From Vulcanimicrobiota bacterium (lineage in GTDB: Bacteria; Vulcanimicrobiota; Vulcanimicrobiia; Vulcanimicrobiales; Vulcanimicrobiaceae), in NCBI GenBank assembly GCA_019235885.1, contig JAFAKB010000005.1, positions 21,409 to 85,408 of the forward strand: 64,000 bases of DNA, written 5' to 3'. Below the pieces are notes generated by a model. It was given only the letters and a program-made list of their open reading frames with translations. It was not told where the DNA came from and did no database searches. Below are positions 38,301-47,026 of this stretch, one piece after another. How positions within the stretch are numbered: the first letter of the stretch is position 1; the number at the start of each line of letters is the position of its first letter. Position numbers and translations under genes: made by a program.

Positions 38301-38931
38301 CGTGCGCTACCTCGCCGAGCGCAGCCTGGCGTGGGAGCCGCCGCCGCAACCGTTCAAGAACCTCAAGCACATTCTTGCGCGGATGACGCTGAACTGGGAT
38401 CTCGACTCGAAACGGCGTGAAGCATACGACACCTCGAACCACAACGCAGCGCTGTTCCACGGCTGGCTGATGTCGGACGACGTCAGCAAAGACGAGCTCG
38501 ACATGCTGTGCCTCTACCGCGGCGGGTGCGAGGATTTCGAGATCGTCAAAGGCATCCCGGGGACCCTCGCCAACTTCGAGGTGCACTCGGTTCGCCCGGC
38601 GCGGCGGATCGGCCCGGACGATCAGACGCGCACGCAGCTGATCGTCGAGATCACGCAGACGTGGCGCAGCCCCGGTTACAACGACTACCGCGGCGGCGTC
38701 ACGCTGATCGTCGACCTGGTGGCGAACGAGGTCCGCTACGTCGTCCGCAAGCGGGTCGACAGCGAAGCGCGCTTTCGTGCGCAGCAGGGGTTGCCGGACG
38801 CCGGCGGTGCGACCGCGCTCAGCGACGGCGAGGAGGCCTCGCTGCACGACAACTACTACGACCCGCGCAACGTCGGCAGGGAACCGTTCGCGATGCTGCA
38901 CCGTTCGAGCGCAACGATGGTGGGCCGATGA
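35317..38931 (+). CDS. 1204-aa cytoplasmic dual protease: S8 subtilase domain fused to a thermolysin-like (gluzincin HExxH) metalloprotease domain
   Basis: ATG at 35317 after GGGAGG. No signal peptide. S8 triad D169 (AHLDTG, nt 35821), H214 (GHGT, nt 35956), S391 (GTSSTSP, nt 36487). NAYYSP..LLLGYF, HETTH (nt 37621-37635) and FHEAMAD (E796). Confidence 0.85.
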   Translation: MSDQRPVRAILVKGRLPPQGAAFTLSGAPLGLARTTFEFTSRPLFTSIGRDGALGIAAAPSTWHIAEAAELDAAHGWDVCHALAGSGLGLAGSAVEFAEPDLQQQWTFGEDAAHALRAAGGCDEIWNQDGTFPPHPADDAHPLWYRDAEHSNFAGGAGDGAGICIAHLDTGISPHDTQPVNLRADLQRNFVDANFPNDATDRSPTSGLLNLLGHGTATIAILAGAGAGGGAPIGAAPGASVVPVRVANGVVLFSNSSVAQGFDYVHALLQDPATRVHVVTMSMGGLASQAWADAINALYEAGVFVVTAAGNNHGNLPTRNIVYPARFRRVVAATGAMSDFTPYADQRGLVMAGNYGPASKMDTALAAFSPNTPWARIGCPHTVDHNGSGTSSTSPQIAAAAALYWQAHHAALDDPAQYPEAWMRIEAVRAALFGAAARKTADVEHFGQGTLRALEALAIAPPASATLKKQPPDSASFALLRIFTGLGLAAAAGSPQQRMLEVEALQLSQSAALEALLPDPEQPPDDPKQRAAVAEALASDPHASQALRDALKPLVTGQIHPVATPAATPLSAMDKLHLEHAMQPQVSPPGKRRLRVYAYDPALEVQLETYAINQAVVDVRWEGLEPGPVGEYIEVVDVDPSSRCCYAPVDLDDPYVLVQNGRAPAESDAQFHQQMVYAVAMKTIEHFEHALGRVALWSPHATGSGTSYAASYVQRLRIYPHALREANAYYSPDKKALLLGYFPAQTKNVGVNAPGTLVFGCLSYDIVAHETTHALLDGLHRRYSEQTNPDVLAFHEAMADIVALFQHFTLPEALRDQIAKTRGDLTQENLLSELAYQFGQAEKGHGALRDALGHYDDTGTWIANKPTGEEYMSATEPHDRGSVLVAAVFDAFLRIYRIRCADLFRLASAGTGVLPPGNIPHDLVERLAQEASKVAKQWLDICIRALDYCPPVDPTFGDYLRALITADRDLVPDDDRSYRIAFISAFRDRGIFAQGVRYLAERSLAWEPPPQPFKNLKHILARMTLNWDLDSKRREAYDTSNHNAALFHGWLMSDDVSKDELDMLCLYRGGCEDFEIVKGIPGTLANFEVHSVRPARRIGPDDQTRTQLIVEITQTWRSPGYNDYRGGVTLIVDLVANEVRYVVRKRVDSEARFRAQQGLPDAGGATALSDGEEASLHDNYYDPRNVGREPFAMLHRSSATMVGR

Positions 38932-40307
38932 GCGCCGCCTACCGCGCGAAAGTTCGCATGTACCGCCACGGCCTGGGCGACTGTTTCTTGATTTCGCTGC
39001 CGCGCGACGGGGAAGTTGCGCCGTACACGATCATGATCGACTGCGGCGTCATCCTCGGCACCCCCGACGCGCAGGCGAAGATGAGAGCGGTCGTCGCCGA
39101 CGTCGCCAAGACGACGAAAGGCGCCGACGGCCGCGGCAAGGTCGACCTGCTGATCGCGACGCACGAGCACTGGGACCACCTCTCCGGCTTCGTGCAAGCG
39201 CCGGACGAGCTGGCGGGCATCGACTTCGCCGAGGTGTGGCTGGCCTGGACCGAAGACCCGAACGATCCGCAAGCGAAACGGCTCGCGCAGGAGCGCGGCA
39301 GCGCCGTGCGCGCGCTGCAGCTCAGCGAAAGCCGCCTGCGGCTCGCCGGCGCCGGCGAGACCGCCGACCAAGTCGGCGATTTCCTGACCTCGTTCTTCGG
39401 CGTCGCGAGCGGAAGCTCGACCAGCGACGCGCTCGAGGTCGTGCGCGGCCTCGCCAAATCCAAGCCGCCGCGGTACTGCTCGCCGAGCGATCCGCCGGTG
39501 CAGCCGCCGGGAACGTCGGTGCAGCTGTTCGTCCTCGGCCCGCCGCGCGACGAGCAGCTCTTGAAGAAGACGGAAGTGGCGGCGAGCAGTCCGGAGACGT
39601 ACGGCTTGCTGCAGCAGATGTACGGCGTCGACGCCTCGATCGCCGACCTCTCGCACTTCGCCGGCGCGCTCGACACCGTCGATCCGGACGCGCCGTTCGA
39701 TCCGATGCAGACGATCCCGTTCCCGGTCGCGCAGGCGATGCCGTTCTTCGTGCAGCGCTACTTCGGGAGCGACGCCGACCCGGCCGGCGACGGTCCGGCA
39801 TGGCGGCGCGTCGACAGTGCGTTTCTGGACGCGGCGCCCGCGCTCGCGCTCCAGCTCGACAACGCGACGAACAACACCAGCCTCGTGCTGGCGATTCAGC
39901 TTCAGAACGGCGACGTGCTGCTGTTCCCAGCCGACGCGCAAGTCGGCAACTGGCTCTCGTGGCAGAACACGAAGTGGTCGGTCGGCGGACAGGACGTCAC
40001 CGGGCCGGACCTGCTCGAGCGCGCGATCTTCTACAAAGTCGGCCATCACGGAAGTCACAACGCGACGCTCAAGGCGCACGGCCTGGAGCTGATGGACAGC
40101 CTGCAGCTCGCGATGATTCCGGTCAACGTGCAGATGGCGCAGCAGAAGCGCTGGAACCGCATGCCGCTCACCGCGCTGGTCGACGCGCTGAAGGCCAAAA
40201 CAAACGGCGCCGTCGTTCAGGCCGACCTCGACCTCCCGGCCAACGCGCGTTCCGTCGCGAGCTCGCCGGACGACCCCTCGCTCTGGTACGAGGTAACGAT
40301 CCCGTAA
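38928..40307 (+). CDS. MBL-fold metallo-hydrolase (ComEC-like subtype), no signal peptide
   Basis: ATG overlaps the upstream stop (ATGA at 38928-38931). HxHxDH motif THEHWDH (nt 39159-39179) and a later YKVGHHGSHN motif. Confidence 0.85.
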   Translation: MSAAYRAKVRMYRHGLGDCFLISLPRDGEVAPYTIMIDCGVILGTPDAQAKMRAVVADVAKTTKGADGRGKVDLLIATHEHWDHLSGFVQAPDELAGIDFAEVWLAWTEDPNDPQAKRLAQERGSAVRALQLSESRLRLAGAGETADQVGDFLTSFFGVASGSSTSDALEVVRGLAKSKPPRYCSPSDPPVQPPGTSVQLFVLGPPRDEQLLKKTEVAASSPETYGLLQQMYGVDASIADLSHFAGALDTVDPDAPFDPMQTIPFPVAQAMPFFVQRYFGSDADPAGDGPAWRRVDSAFLDAAPALALQLDNATNNTSLVLAIQLQNGDVLLFPADAQVGNWLSWQNTKWSVGGQDVTGPDLLERAIFYKVGHHGSHNATLKAHGLELMDSLQLAMIPVNVQMAQQKRWNRMPLTALVDALKAKTNGAVVQADLDLPANARSVASSPDDPSLWYEVTIP

Positions 40308-40383
40308 CGGGATATCCGAGCGATTCCCGAATCGTTCCCGGTACGCCGTACCGCTTTCCCGACAAAGGTCGCAAGCCTCCGCC

Positions 40384-41472
40384 ATGGCCGCCTCCACCGA
40401 GATCACCCCGAAAACGAACATCCGCGAGCTCGTCGCCGCGTTCCCGATCGCGGAGGACGTGCTGACGGAGTTCGGCTTGCACTGCGCGGGCTGCGGCGTC
40501 AACAAGTACGAGACGATCGAGCAGGGCGCGAACGCGCACGGGCTGCGGGTCGAGCCGATCGTCGCGGCGCTGACGCAGGCGCGCCTCTCCGGCCGCGTCC
40601 CGCTGATCATGAACGAGGACAAGACCCCGCGCCGCCGCGCGCCGGGCGAATTCAACCGGCGCGCGCGCTTCACGTACGTCGTGCCCGTCATGTCTGGCAA
40701 GGGCGGGGTCGGCAAGTCGCTGACCACCGCGCTGCTCGCGGTCGGCCTGCGGCGCGCGCACAAGAAAGTCGGCATCCTCGACGCCGACATCACCGGCCCG
40801 TCGATTCCGCGGCTGTTCGGGCTCACCGAACCGCTCGGGCTCGAAGCCGATCCGTCGACGCCGCCGGGGCAGCAGCCCAAACCGCTGATGGTGCCGGCCA
40901 CCTCGCGCTCGGCGATCGAGATCGTCAGCTCGAACCTGCTCACCGACAAAGAAGACACCGCGATGATCTGGCGCGGACCGATTCTGTCGGGTGTCATCCG
41001 GCAGTTCTACGAGCAGGCGCTGTGGTCGGATCTCGACTACCTGCTGATCGACTTGCCGCCCGGCACGTCGGACGCGCCGCTCACCGTGCTGCAGTCGCTG
41101 GCGATCGACGGTGTCGTGCTGGTGACGATGCCGCAGCGGCTGGCAACGATGATCGTGCGCAAGGCGGCGAACCTCGTGCACCAGCTCGGCAAACCGATCG
41201 TCGGCGTCATCGAGAACATGTCGTACTTCGTCGCGCCGGACACCGGAAAGCGCTACGACGTCTTCGGCCCCTCGTTCGCCGACCAGGTCGCGGAGCTCGC
41301 CGGCGCACCGCTGCTCGCGCGCCTCCCGATCGACCCGAAGCTGGTCGCGCTCGCCGACAACGGCCGCGTCGAAGAGATCGACGACCCGATCGTCGACCTG
41401 CTCGCCGAAAAGCTGCAAGCCGCGATGGCGCAGCGCCCGGCGAAACCGGCGGAGACGATCTCGCTGATCTGA
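40384..41472 (+). CDS. Mrp/NBP35/ApbC-type Fe-S cluster carrier ATPase with N-terminal DUF1858-like domain
   Basis: Deviant Walker A (SGKGGVGKS). N-terminal GLHCAGCGVNKYETIEQG motif. Confidence 0.85.
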   Translation: MAASTEITPKTNIRELVAAFPIAEDVLTEFGLHCAGCGVNKYETIEQGANAHGLRVEPIVAALTQARLSGRVPLIMNEDKTPRRRAPGEFNRRARFTYVVPVMSGKGGVGKSLTTALLAVGLRRAHKKVGILDADITGPSIPRLFGLTEPLGLEADPSTPPGQQPKPLMVPATSRSAIEIVSSNLLTDKEDTAMIWRGPILSGVIRQFYEQALWSDLDYLLIDLPPGTSDAPLTVLQSLAIDGVVLVTMPQRLATMIVRKAANLVHQLGKPIVGVIENMSYFVAPDTGKRYDVFGPSFADQVAELAGAPLLARLPIDPKLVALADNGRVEEIDDPIVDLLAEKLQAAMAQRPAKPAETISLI

Positions 41473-41484
41473 GCGCGGTACGCG

Positions 41485-41769
41485 TCAGCCGTAGTTCTCG
41501 ATCAGCTTCCGCGCATACCAGCCCGGCCACGCGTCGGACGGGTTTTCCGCGGTATACCGCTCGTCGCAGGCGACGAGATCGCGCGTGAGGTGGCTGCGGA
41601 CCGGGACGCGCCGGAGGAGCTTCGGGAGCGGCGAGTGCGCGAGGAGCCAGTCGGAGTAGAACGTCGCCCAGTCGTCGTCCTCGCCGTCGGTGTCCGCGAA
41701 GACGACGTGGTGGACTTCACCGGCCTGGTGGAGGAGTTCGGCGATCTGTTCGGCGCGATCTTGTGCCAC
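41485..41769 (-). CDS. 94-aa hypothetical protein
   Basis: GTG at 41769. Sequence AELLHQAGEVHHVVFADTDGEDDDWATFYSDWLL. Only the C-terminal piece of a long spurious track ORF. Confidence 0.45.
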   Translation of the reverse strand: MAQDRAEQIAELLHQAGEVHHVVFADTDGEDDDWATFYSDWLLAHSPLPKLLRRVPVRSHLTRDLVACDERYTAENPSDAWPGWYARKLIENYG

Positions 41770-41798
41770 GGTGGATTCCTTTCTGCGAGGTGCTTGAG

Positions 41799-43301
41799 TC
41801 AGCCGACGGCTTCGCCGTCGGCGAAGGTTTGTGCGACGCGGACGCCGTCGAAGGAACAGCTTACGATCGGATCGCCTTCTAAGATGACGAAGTCGGCTGC
41901 GTAGCCCGGCGCGAACCGGCCGGTGTGCGACTCGGCATGGCCGAAGCGCGCGGCGTCGTAGGTGTACATCAGCAGCGCGTCTTCGATGCTGAGGCGTTCC
42001 TCGATGTTGTGGTGGTTTGCGGCGGCGCGCATGCCGTCGAGCGGGGAGAGCTTGCAGACGGGGCTGTCGTCTCCGCCCACCAGCGTCGCGCCGGCGCGCT
42101 TCGCCGAGCCGAGCGCGTTCATCGTGCGCGCGCGCCGTGCGCCCAGGCGGACGTCGTACATCGCGCCCGGATGGCCCCAGTAGGCGTCGAACTGCGGCTG
42201 CATCGAGAGAAAAAGGCCGAGCCGGGCGGCGCGCGCGATCTGCTGCGGCGTCGCGATCTCGAAGTGCTCGATGAAGTGGCGGTTCCGCGGCGACGGCTTT
42301 CCGCCGAGCACCTTCTCCCACGTCGCGAGGCATTGCTCGATCGCGCGGTCGCCGATCGCGTGGACGCCGGCGCTGATTCCGAGGTCTTCCGCCGCTGTGA
42401 AATACGCTTCCACTTCGGCGTCGCCGTGCATGAGGTGACCGCAGCCTTCGCGGTCGGCGTACGGCTCGCTCACGGCAGCGGTTCCGCTCCCGATGCTCCC
42501 GTCGAGGAAGACGTCGCCGCCGACGTACGGCAGGCCCAGCTCCTTCGCCAGCGCCGGATCGCGCTCGCAGATCTTCGGATACCACTTCGCCGGGCCGGCG
42601 TCGCGCAGGGCGGCAATCTCGTGTGCATACGCTGCTCGAGACGGCAATCCGACGAACTGCACGTGCAGGTGCAGTGCTCCCTCGCGCAGCGCCACCTCCG
42701 TAGCACGTTTGTCGGCGGCGCGCCGCTCGGCTTCGGGCACGGCACTCAGCACTTTCGCCTGGGCGCGCCAATTCGCGTCAAGAAAAAGCCGGCCCGTCGG
42801 TGCGCCGTCCGCAGCGCGCTCGATGCCCGGCACGTCGGGCGGCAGATCGACGAACGCAAGCGCTTTGCGGTTCAACACGCACGAGTGTCCGTCGACGCGC
42901 ACCGCCATCGCGACCGCATCCCGGAAGTGTGCGTCGAGGGGCACGGCGGTAGCGGAGCCGCGGTCGTCCCACTGCGACTCGTCGTAGTTGCCGGCCAAGA
43001 CGAATGCGCCGCGCGGCAGCGCCGCGATGCGCCGTTCGAACTCGGCAACGCTGCGGACGCCCGAAAGATCGCGCTCGCCGAGAAAAAGTCCGGTGTCGGT
43101 GAGGTGGACGTGACAGTCGGCGAAGGCCGGATAGACCGCGCGGCCGCCGAGATCCACGCGCCGCACGCCCGCGCCCGCGTCGCCGGGATGCAGCGATACG
43201 ACGCGTCCGTTGTCGACGAGCATGCCGTCGAACCTTTGCCAGCTTTCGTTCGACGGAACATACGAATACACCGGGCCCCCGGTCAGCACATAGGTCGACA
43301 C
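41799..43301 (-). CDS. Metal-dependent amidohydrolase (Amidohydro_3 type)
   Basis: GTG at 43301. FADCHVHL metal motif, VHAIGDRA, HFIEHFE and GGDDSPV. Confidence 0.8.
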   Translation of the reverse strand: MSTYVLTGGPVYSYVPSNESWQRFDGMLVDNGRVVSLHPGDAGAGVRRVDLGGRAVYPAFADCHVHLTDTGLFLGERDLSGVRSVAEFERRIAALPRGAFVLAGNYDESQWDDRGSATAVPLDAHFRDAVAMAVRVDGHSCVLNRKALAFVDLPPDVPGIERAADGAPTGRLFLDANWRAQAKVLSAVPEAERRAADKRATEVALREGALHLHVQFVGLPSRAAYAHEIAALRDAGPAKWYPKICERDPALAKELGLPYVGGDVFLDGSIGSGTAAVSEPYADREGCGHLMHGDAEVEAYFTAAEDLGISAGVHAIGDRAIEQCLATWEKVLGGKPSPRNRHFIEHFEIATPQQIARAARLGLFLSMQPQFDAYWGHPGAMYDVRLGARRARTMNALGSAKRAGATLVGGDDSPVCKLSPLDGMRAAANHHNIEERLSIEDALLMYTYDAARFGHAESHTGRFAPGYAADFVILEGDPIVSCSFDGVRVAQTFADGEAVG

Positions 43302-43319
43302 GTCGACGGAGGTTCTCGC

Positions 43320-44738
43320 ATGCGACGTTCTCTCATCCCTGCTCTCGCTCTCGTCGCGGCACTCGGGTCGACCGCGCTCGCCGATCAAAGCGAACACGTC
43401 AGCTCGCTCGGCGACCAGCGCGCGGTCGGGATCACGATCTACAACTCGGAGCTCGCGCTGGTGCGCGAGCGCCGCCACCTCACGCTTCCGCGCGGCGAGT
43501 CGCATCTCGCGCTGCGGGACGTCAGCGCGAAAATCCAACCCGAGACGGCGCTGCTGACGAGCATCACGGCACCCGGCAAGCTCGCGGTGCTCGAGCAAAA
43601 CTTCAACTACGACCTGCTCTCGCCGCAGAAGCTGCTGGAGAAGTACGTCGGCCGCGACGTCGACGTGGTCAGCTACGACCCGCGCACCGGACAGCGCCAT
43701 ACGGAGCGCGCCCGCGTCCTCTCGACCAACGACGGCGTGGTGCTGCGCTACGCGGACCGCATCGAAACCTCGGTGAACGGAACGCTCTCGTTTCCGTCGC
43801 TGCCGTCCAACCTGCGCGACCGCCCGACGCTCGTCACCGACGTCAGCAACGGCGTCGAGGGCGAGCAGGACGTCGAGCTGACCTATCTGAGCGGCGGGCT
43901 GAGCTGGAAAGCCGACTACACCGCACTGCTGTCGCCGAACGACGACCGCGTCGAGCTGCGCGGCCTGATCACGCTGCAGAACCAGAGCGGCACCGAGTAC
44001 CGCGACGCGGCGGTGCAGCTCGTCGCCGGCGACGTCAACGTGGTGCAGCCGGAGATGAAGGCGCTCGGCGCCGTTCGCTCCGCAGCGCAAGCTGCGCCGC
44101 CGATCCCGCGCCCGACCGAGCAGGCGCTCTTCGAGTACCACCTCTACACGCTGCAGCGGCACACGACCGTCGCCGACAACCAGACGAAACAAGTCGAGCT
44201 GCTCACGGCCTCGGGCGTTCCGGTCGTCAAGACGCTCGAGCTGCGCGGCGCTCCGGAGTACTACAGCGAGGAAGAGGCGGACCTCGGCACGCACCTGAAG
44301 ATCGGCACGTACATCAGCTTCCGCAACGAAGGCGGACAGCTCGGGATCCCGCTCCCGATGGGCGCCGTGCGCGTCTACAAGCGCGACAACTCCGGGACCG
44401 CGCAGTACGTCGGTGCCGACGAGATCGACCACACGCCGAAGGGCGAAACGGTGCGCCTGCACCTCGGCGACTCGTTCGACGTGACCGCGAGCAAGAAACA
44501 GACCGACTTCCGTAGCCTCGGCCACAGCGTCTACGAGTCGGCGTACGCGATCGTCCTGCGCAACGCGAAAAAGACGCCGGAGACCGTGCAGGTAATCGAG
44601 CCGATCCCCGGCGACTGGACGATCGTCGCGTCGTCGCTGCCGCACCGCAAGAGTTCTGCATCGACGGCGACGTGGGCCGTGCGGGTCCCGGCCGAGGGCG
44701 CCGTCACCTTGACGTACCGGGTCCGCACGAAGGAGTAA
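43320..44738 (+). CDS. Secreted DUF4139-like protein
   Basis: ATG at 43320 after GGAGG. Signal peptide (LIPALALVAALGSTALA). YLSGGLSWKADY motif typical of DUF4139. Confidence 0.65.
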   Translation: MRRSLIPALALVAALGSTALADQSEHVSSLGDQRAVGITIYNSELALVRERRHLTLPRGESHLALRDVSAKIQPETALLTSITAPGKLAVLEQNFNYDLLSPQKLLEKYVGRDVDVVSYDPRTGQRHTERARVLSTNDGVVLRYADRIETSVNGTLSFPSLPSNLRDRPTLVTDVSNGVEGEQDVELTYLSGGLSWKADYTALLSPNDDRVELRGLITLQNQSGTEYRDAAVQLVAGDVNVVQPEMKALGAVRSAAQAAPPIPRPTEQALFEYHLYTLQRHTTVADNQTKQVELLTASGVPVVKTLELRGAPEYYSEEEADLGTHLKIGTYISFRNEGGQLGIPLPMGAVRVYKRDNSGTAQYVGADEIDHTPKGETVRLHLGDSFDVTASKKQTDFRSLGHSVYESAYAIVLRNAKKTPETVQVIEPIPGDWTIVASSLPHRKSSASTATWAVRVPAEGAVTLTYRVRTKE

Positions 44739-44758
44739 CCCTTGGGTACAAGCGCGAG

Positions 44759-45946
44759 GTGGTTCGCGGGACGACGCTTCGCAAGGCTGCACTCGGTGCG
44801 GCGACAGGCCTGACGCTCGGCTACGCGGCGGTGCGCGCGGCGCAAGCAGTGCGTGACCTCCGCACGCCGTACGCGCCGCGCGCCGACCGCGATCCGGGTC
44901 GCTACGGCGCCGCGCGGCGCGCGCTTGGTCTCGCAGGCGGCGCGCGCACCGTCGCGGCGCTCGCGACGGCCGCGTTCCTGCTCGCGGATCCGCTCGACCG
45001 CGCGCTGCGCCCGCTGCCGCGGCCGCTGCGCGCGCCGGCGTTCGCGCTGGTCCTGCTGGCGATCGAGGCGATGCGCGACCTCGGCACGGAGTACGTCGAA
45101 GGGCACGTCCTCGAACGCGTCTACGGTACCTCGGAACAGAGCGCGCGCGGGTGGCTCGCCGATCAGGCGAAGGGCACGGCAGTGGCCGCGGTGATCACGG
45201 CGCTGCTGGTCGCATTGGCCGACGCGGTCGTCGTGCGCACTCCGCGGCGCTGGCCGCTGATCGCGATCGCGGCGACGCCGCCACTGCTCGCGTTCGCGAC
45301 CGTGATCGCGCCGACGTTCGTGATGCCGCTGTTCAACACGTACGAGCCGGTCAGCGGCGAGCTCGAGCAGCGCATCCGCGCGCTCGCCGAGCGCTACGGC
45401 GTCGGCAACGCGGCGATCCTGCGCTTCGACATGAGCCGCCAGACGAAGAAGGCGAACGCGTTCGTCACCGGCGTCCTCGGCACCGAGCGGATCGCGCTCG
45501 GCGACACGCTCGTCAGCGAGTTCGCCGACGACGAGACGCTGTACGTCGTCGCCCACGAGCTGGGCCACTACGTGCGCCGCGACCCGTGGCTTTCGATCGC
45601 CTTCGGGACCGCTTCGATCGGGGCGACGCTGCTCGGCGCCGACGCGGCGCTGCGCCGCACGACGAAGCGCGGCCTCGACTCACCGGCGCAAGGCGCGCGG
45701 CTCGCGTTCTACGCGACCCTTGCGCAGCTCGCGCTGCTCCCGCTCGCGAACGCATTCTCTCGCGCGATCGAGCGCCGCGCCGACCGCTTCGCGCTCGCGG
45801 CGACGAACCACCGCGACGCCGGCATCCGCGCATTCAAGCGCCTCGGCGAGCAGAACCTCGCCGAGCTGGAACCGCCGCGCTGGGCCGAGCTGCTCTTCTC
45901 CTCACACCCCTCCCTCGCGTCACGCATCCGCGCCCTCGAAGCGTAA
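44759..45946 (+). CDS. M48 (Ste24/HtpX-like) membrane metallopeptidase
   Basis: HELGH (VVAHELGHYV) and downstream ERRADRFA. Several TM helices. Start at GTG 44759 is uncertain. Confidence 0.8.
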   Translation: MVRGTTLRKAALGAATGLTLGYAAVRAAQAVRDLRTPYAPRADRDPGRYGAARRALGLAGGARTVAALATAAFLLADPLDRALRPLPRPLRAPAFALVLLAIEAMRDLGTEYVEGHVLERVYGTSEQSARGWLADQAKGTAVAAVITALLVALADAVVVRTPRRWPLIAIAATPPLLAFATVIAPTFVMPLFNTYEPVSGELEQRIRALAERYGVGNAAILRFDMSRQTKKANAFVTGVLGTERIALGDTLVSEFADDETLYVVAHELGHYVRRDPWLSIAFGTASIGATLLGADAALRRTTKRGLDSPAQGARLAFYATLAQLALLPLANAFSRAIERRADRFALAATNHRDAGIRAFKRLGEQNLAELEPPRWAELLFSSHPSLASRIRALEA

Positions 45947-45974
45947 CGCTCAACGAAGCCTTACTTTCCGAATT

Positions 45975-46292
45975 TCAGACGCGATCCCGACATGGGTCCT
46001 CGCGCCCTTCGAGCGCGTCCAGCGTCTCCCAGCGCGCCGGGTAGAAACTACGTTCCATCGGAACCGCGGGCCAGCCGTAGAGATCGCGCAATGCGTGGTA
46101 CGTCGGGGACGTCGGGAACGGGAAGGCGTCGAAGACCTCACGCCAACCGCGAAATAGTTCCACGGTGTCACGGTCGGGCGGTACGCCGAAATCGCCGGCA
46201 GCGCAGATGCGCTGGACGTAATCCGCGCGGTCGAGGTCGTCCTCGAACTCGTCGCCATGGTCGACGTCGGGATAAACGGTACGGTCGATCAC
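45975..46292 (-). CDS. 105-aa acidic hypothetical protein translationally coupled to AbiEii
   Basis: GTG overlaps the AbiEii stop (GTGA at 46289-46292). VIDRTVYPDVDHGDEFEDDLDRADY... No family recognised. Confidence 0.5.
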   Translation of the reverse strand: MIDRTVYPDVDHGDEFEDDLDRADYVQRICAAGDFGVPPDRDTVELFRGWREVFDAFPFPTSPTYHALRDLYGWPAVPMERSFYPARWETLDALEGREDPCRDRV

Positions 46293-47026
46293 TGACGGAG
46301 GTCTTCGTCCTTGACGTCGCCGACTCCGGGTCCGAGCTCGTCGCGACGAGCGGTGAACACATCCCGATACCATGCCCGCAGCCGCTCGGCGGCAGGGCGC
46401 TCGGCGGCGGGGATGCGCTCGATCGGTCGGCGTGCCTCGATCGTCGCCAAGTGCATCTTCACCCGCAAGCGGGCGTCTTCGATCTCGATCCCCGGACGCT
46501 TCGCGTTCCATAGTTGCCAGCAGCGGTCGATCGTGAGGAGTCCCGAGTCGACGATCTCCTTGATGTCAACGAAGTCGCGGGGCGCGCCCCGAGCGACCAG
46601 AGCCATCATTTTGGAGGCGACGTTGTCGTCCAGTGTCTCGATCGGGAAGCGGCCCCAAGGACTCGCCACCGGGGGATCAATTTCAACAGTGCGAACCGAG
46701 ACCTGGAACGAGAAGGCCTTGTTGCCGCCGTCGAAGGCCTCCAAGGAGATCGTTTCGCCCCACGTGCGCTCGCGGACAGAGTATCCGAACTCAGCCGCAG
46801 TCTGCATAAATGCTTCGCGCGCAGCGGCGAGCGCATGCGGATCCTCGCGTGAGCGCCACCACGCGTCAACGTCCCCGGTCTCGCGATAATCGAGGTAATG
46901 CTTCAGCGCAAAGTAGCCGCCCAACACGAATTGTTCGGCCTGAGATTGACCCTGCAATCGTTCGAGAAATGCAGCGGCAAACGGGTTGAGGTGCTTAGGC
47001 TTGACGGGTTCCACGCCCTCAGGCAC
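46289..47026 (-). CDS. abiEii: AbiEii/AbiGii-family nucleotidyltransferase toxin (DUF1814, type IV TA)
   Basis: LGGYFALKHYLDYRETGDVDAWW (NTase Gx..D.D motif region) and KMMALVARGAPRDFVDIKEIV (family C-terminal motif). Confidence 0.75.
   Translation of the reverse strand: MPEGVEPVKPKHLNPFAAAFLERLQGQSQAEQFVLGGYFALKHYLDYRETGDVDAWWRSREDPHALAAAREAFMQTAAEFGYSVRERTWGETISLEAFDGGNKAFSFQVSVRTVEIDPPVASPWGRFPIETLDDNVASKMMALVARGAPRDFVDIKEIVDSGLLTIDRCWQLWNAKRPGIEIEDARLRVKMHLATIEARRPIERIPAAERPAAERLRAWYRDVFTARRDELGPGVGDVKDEDLRQ

Noticed and set aside
36496-40997. 801-aa and 713-aa minus-strand ORFs (36496-38901 and 38856-40997), and the 1047-aa plus-strand ORF at 35277-38420
   Set aside because: Antisense or frame-shifted shadows of the S8-M4, MBL and Mrp genes. 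Arg/Val/Asp/Glu low-complexity translation with no catalytic motifs.
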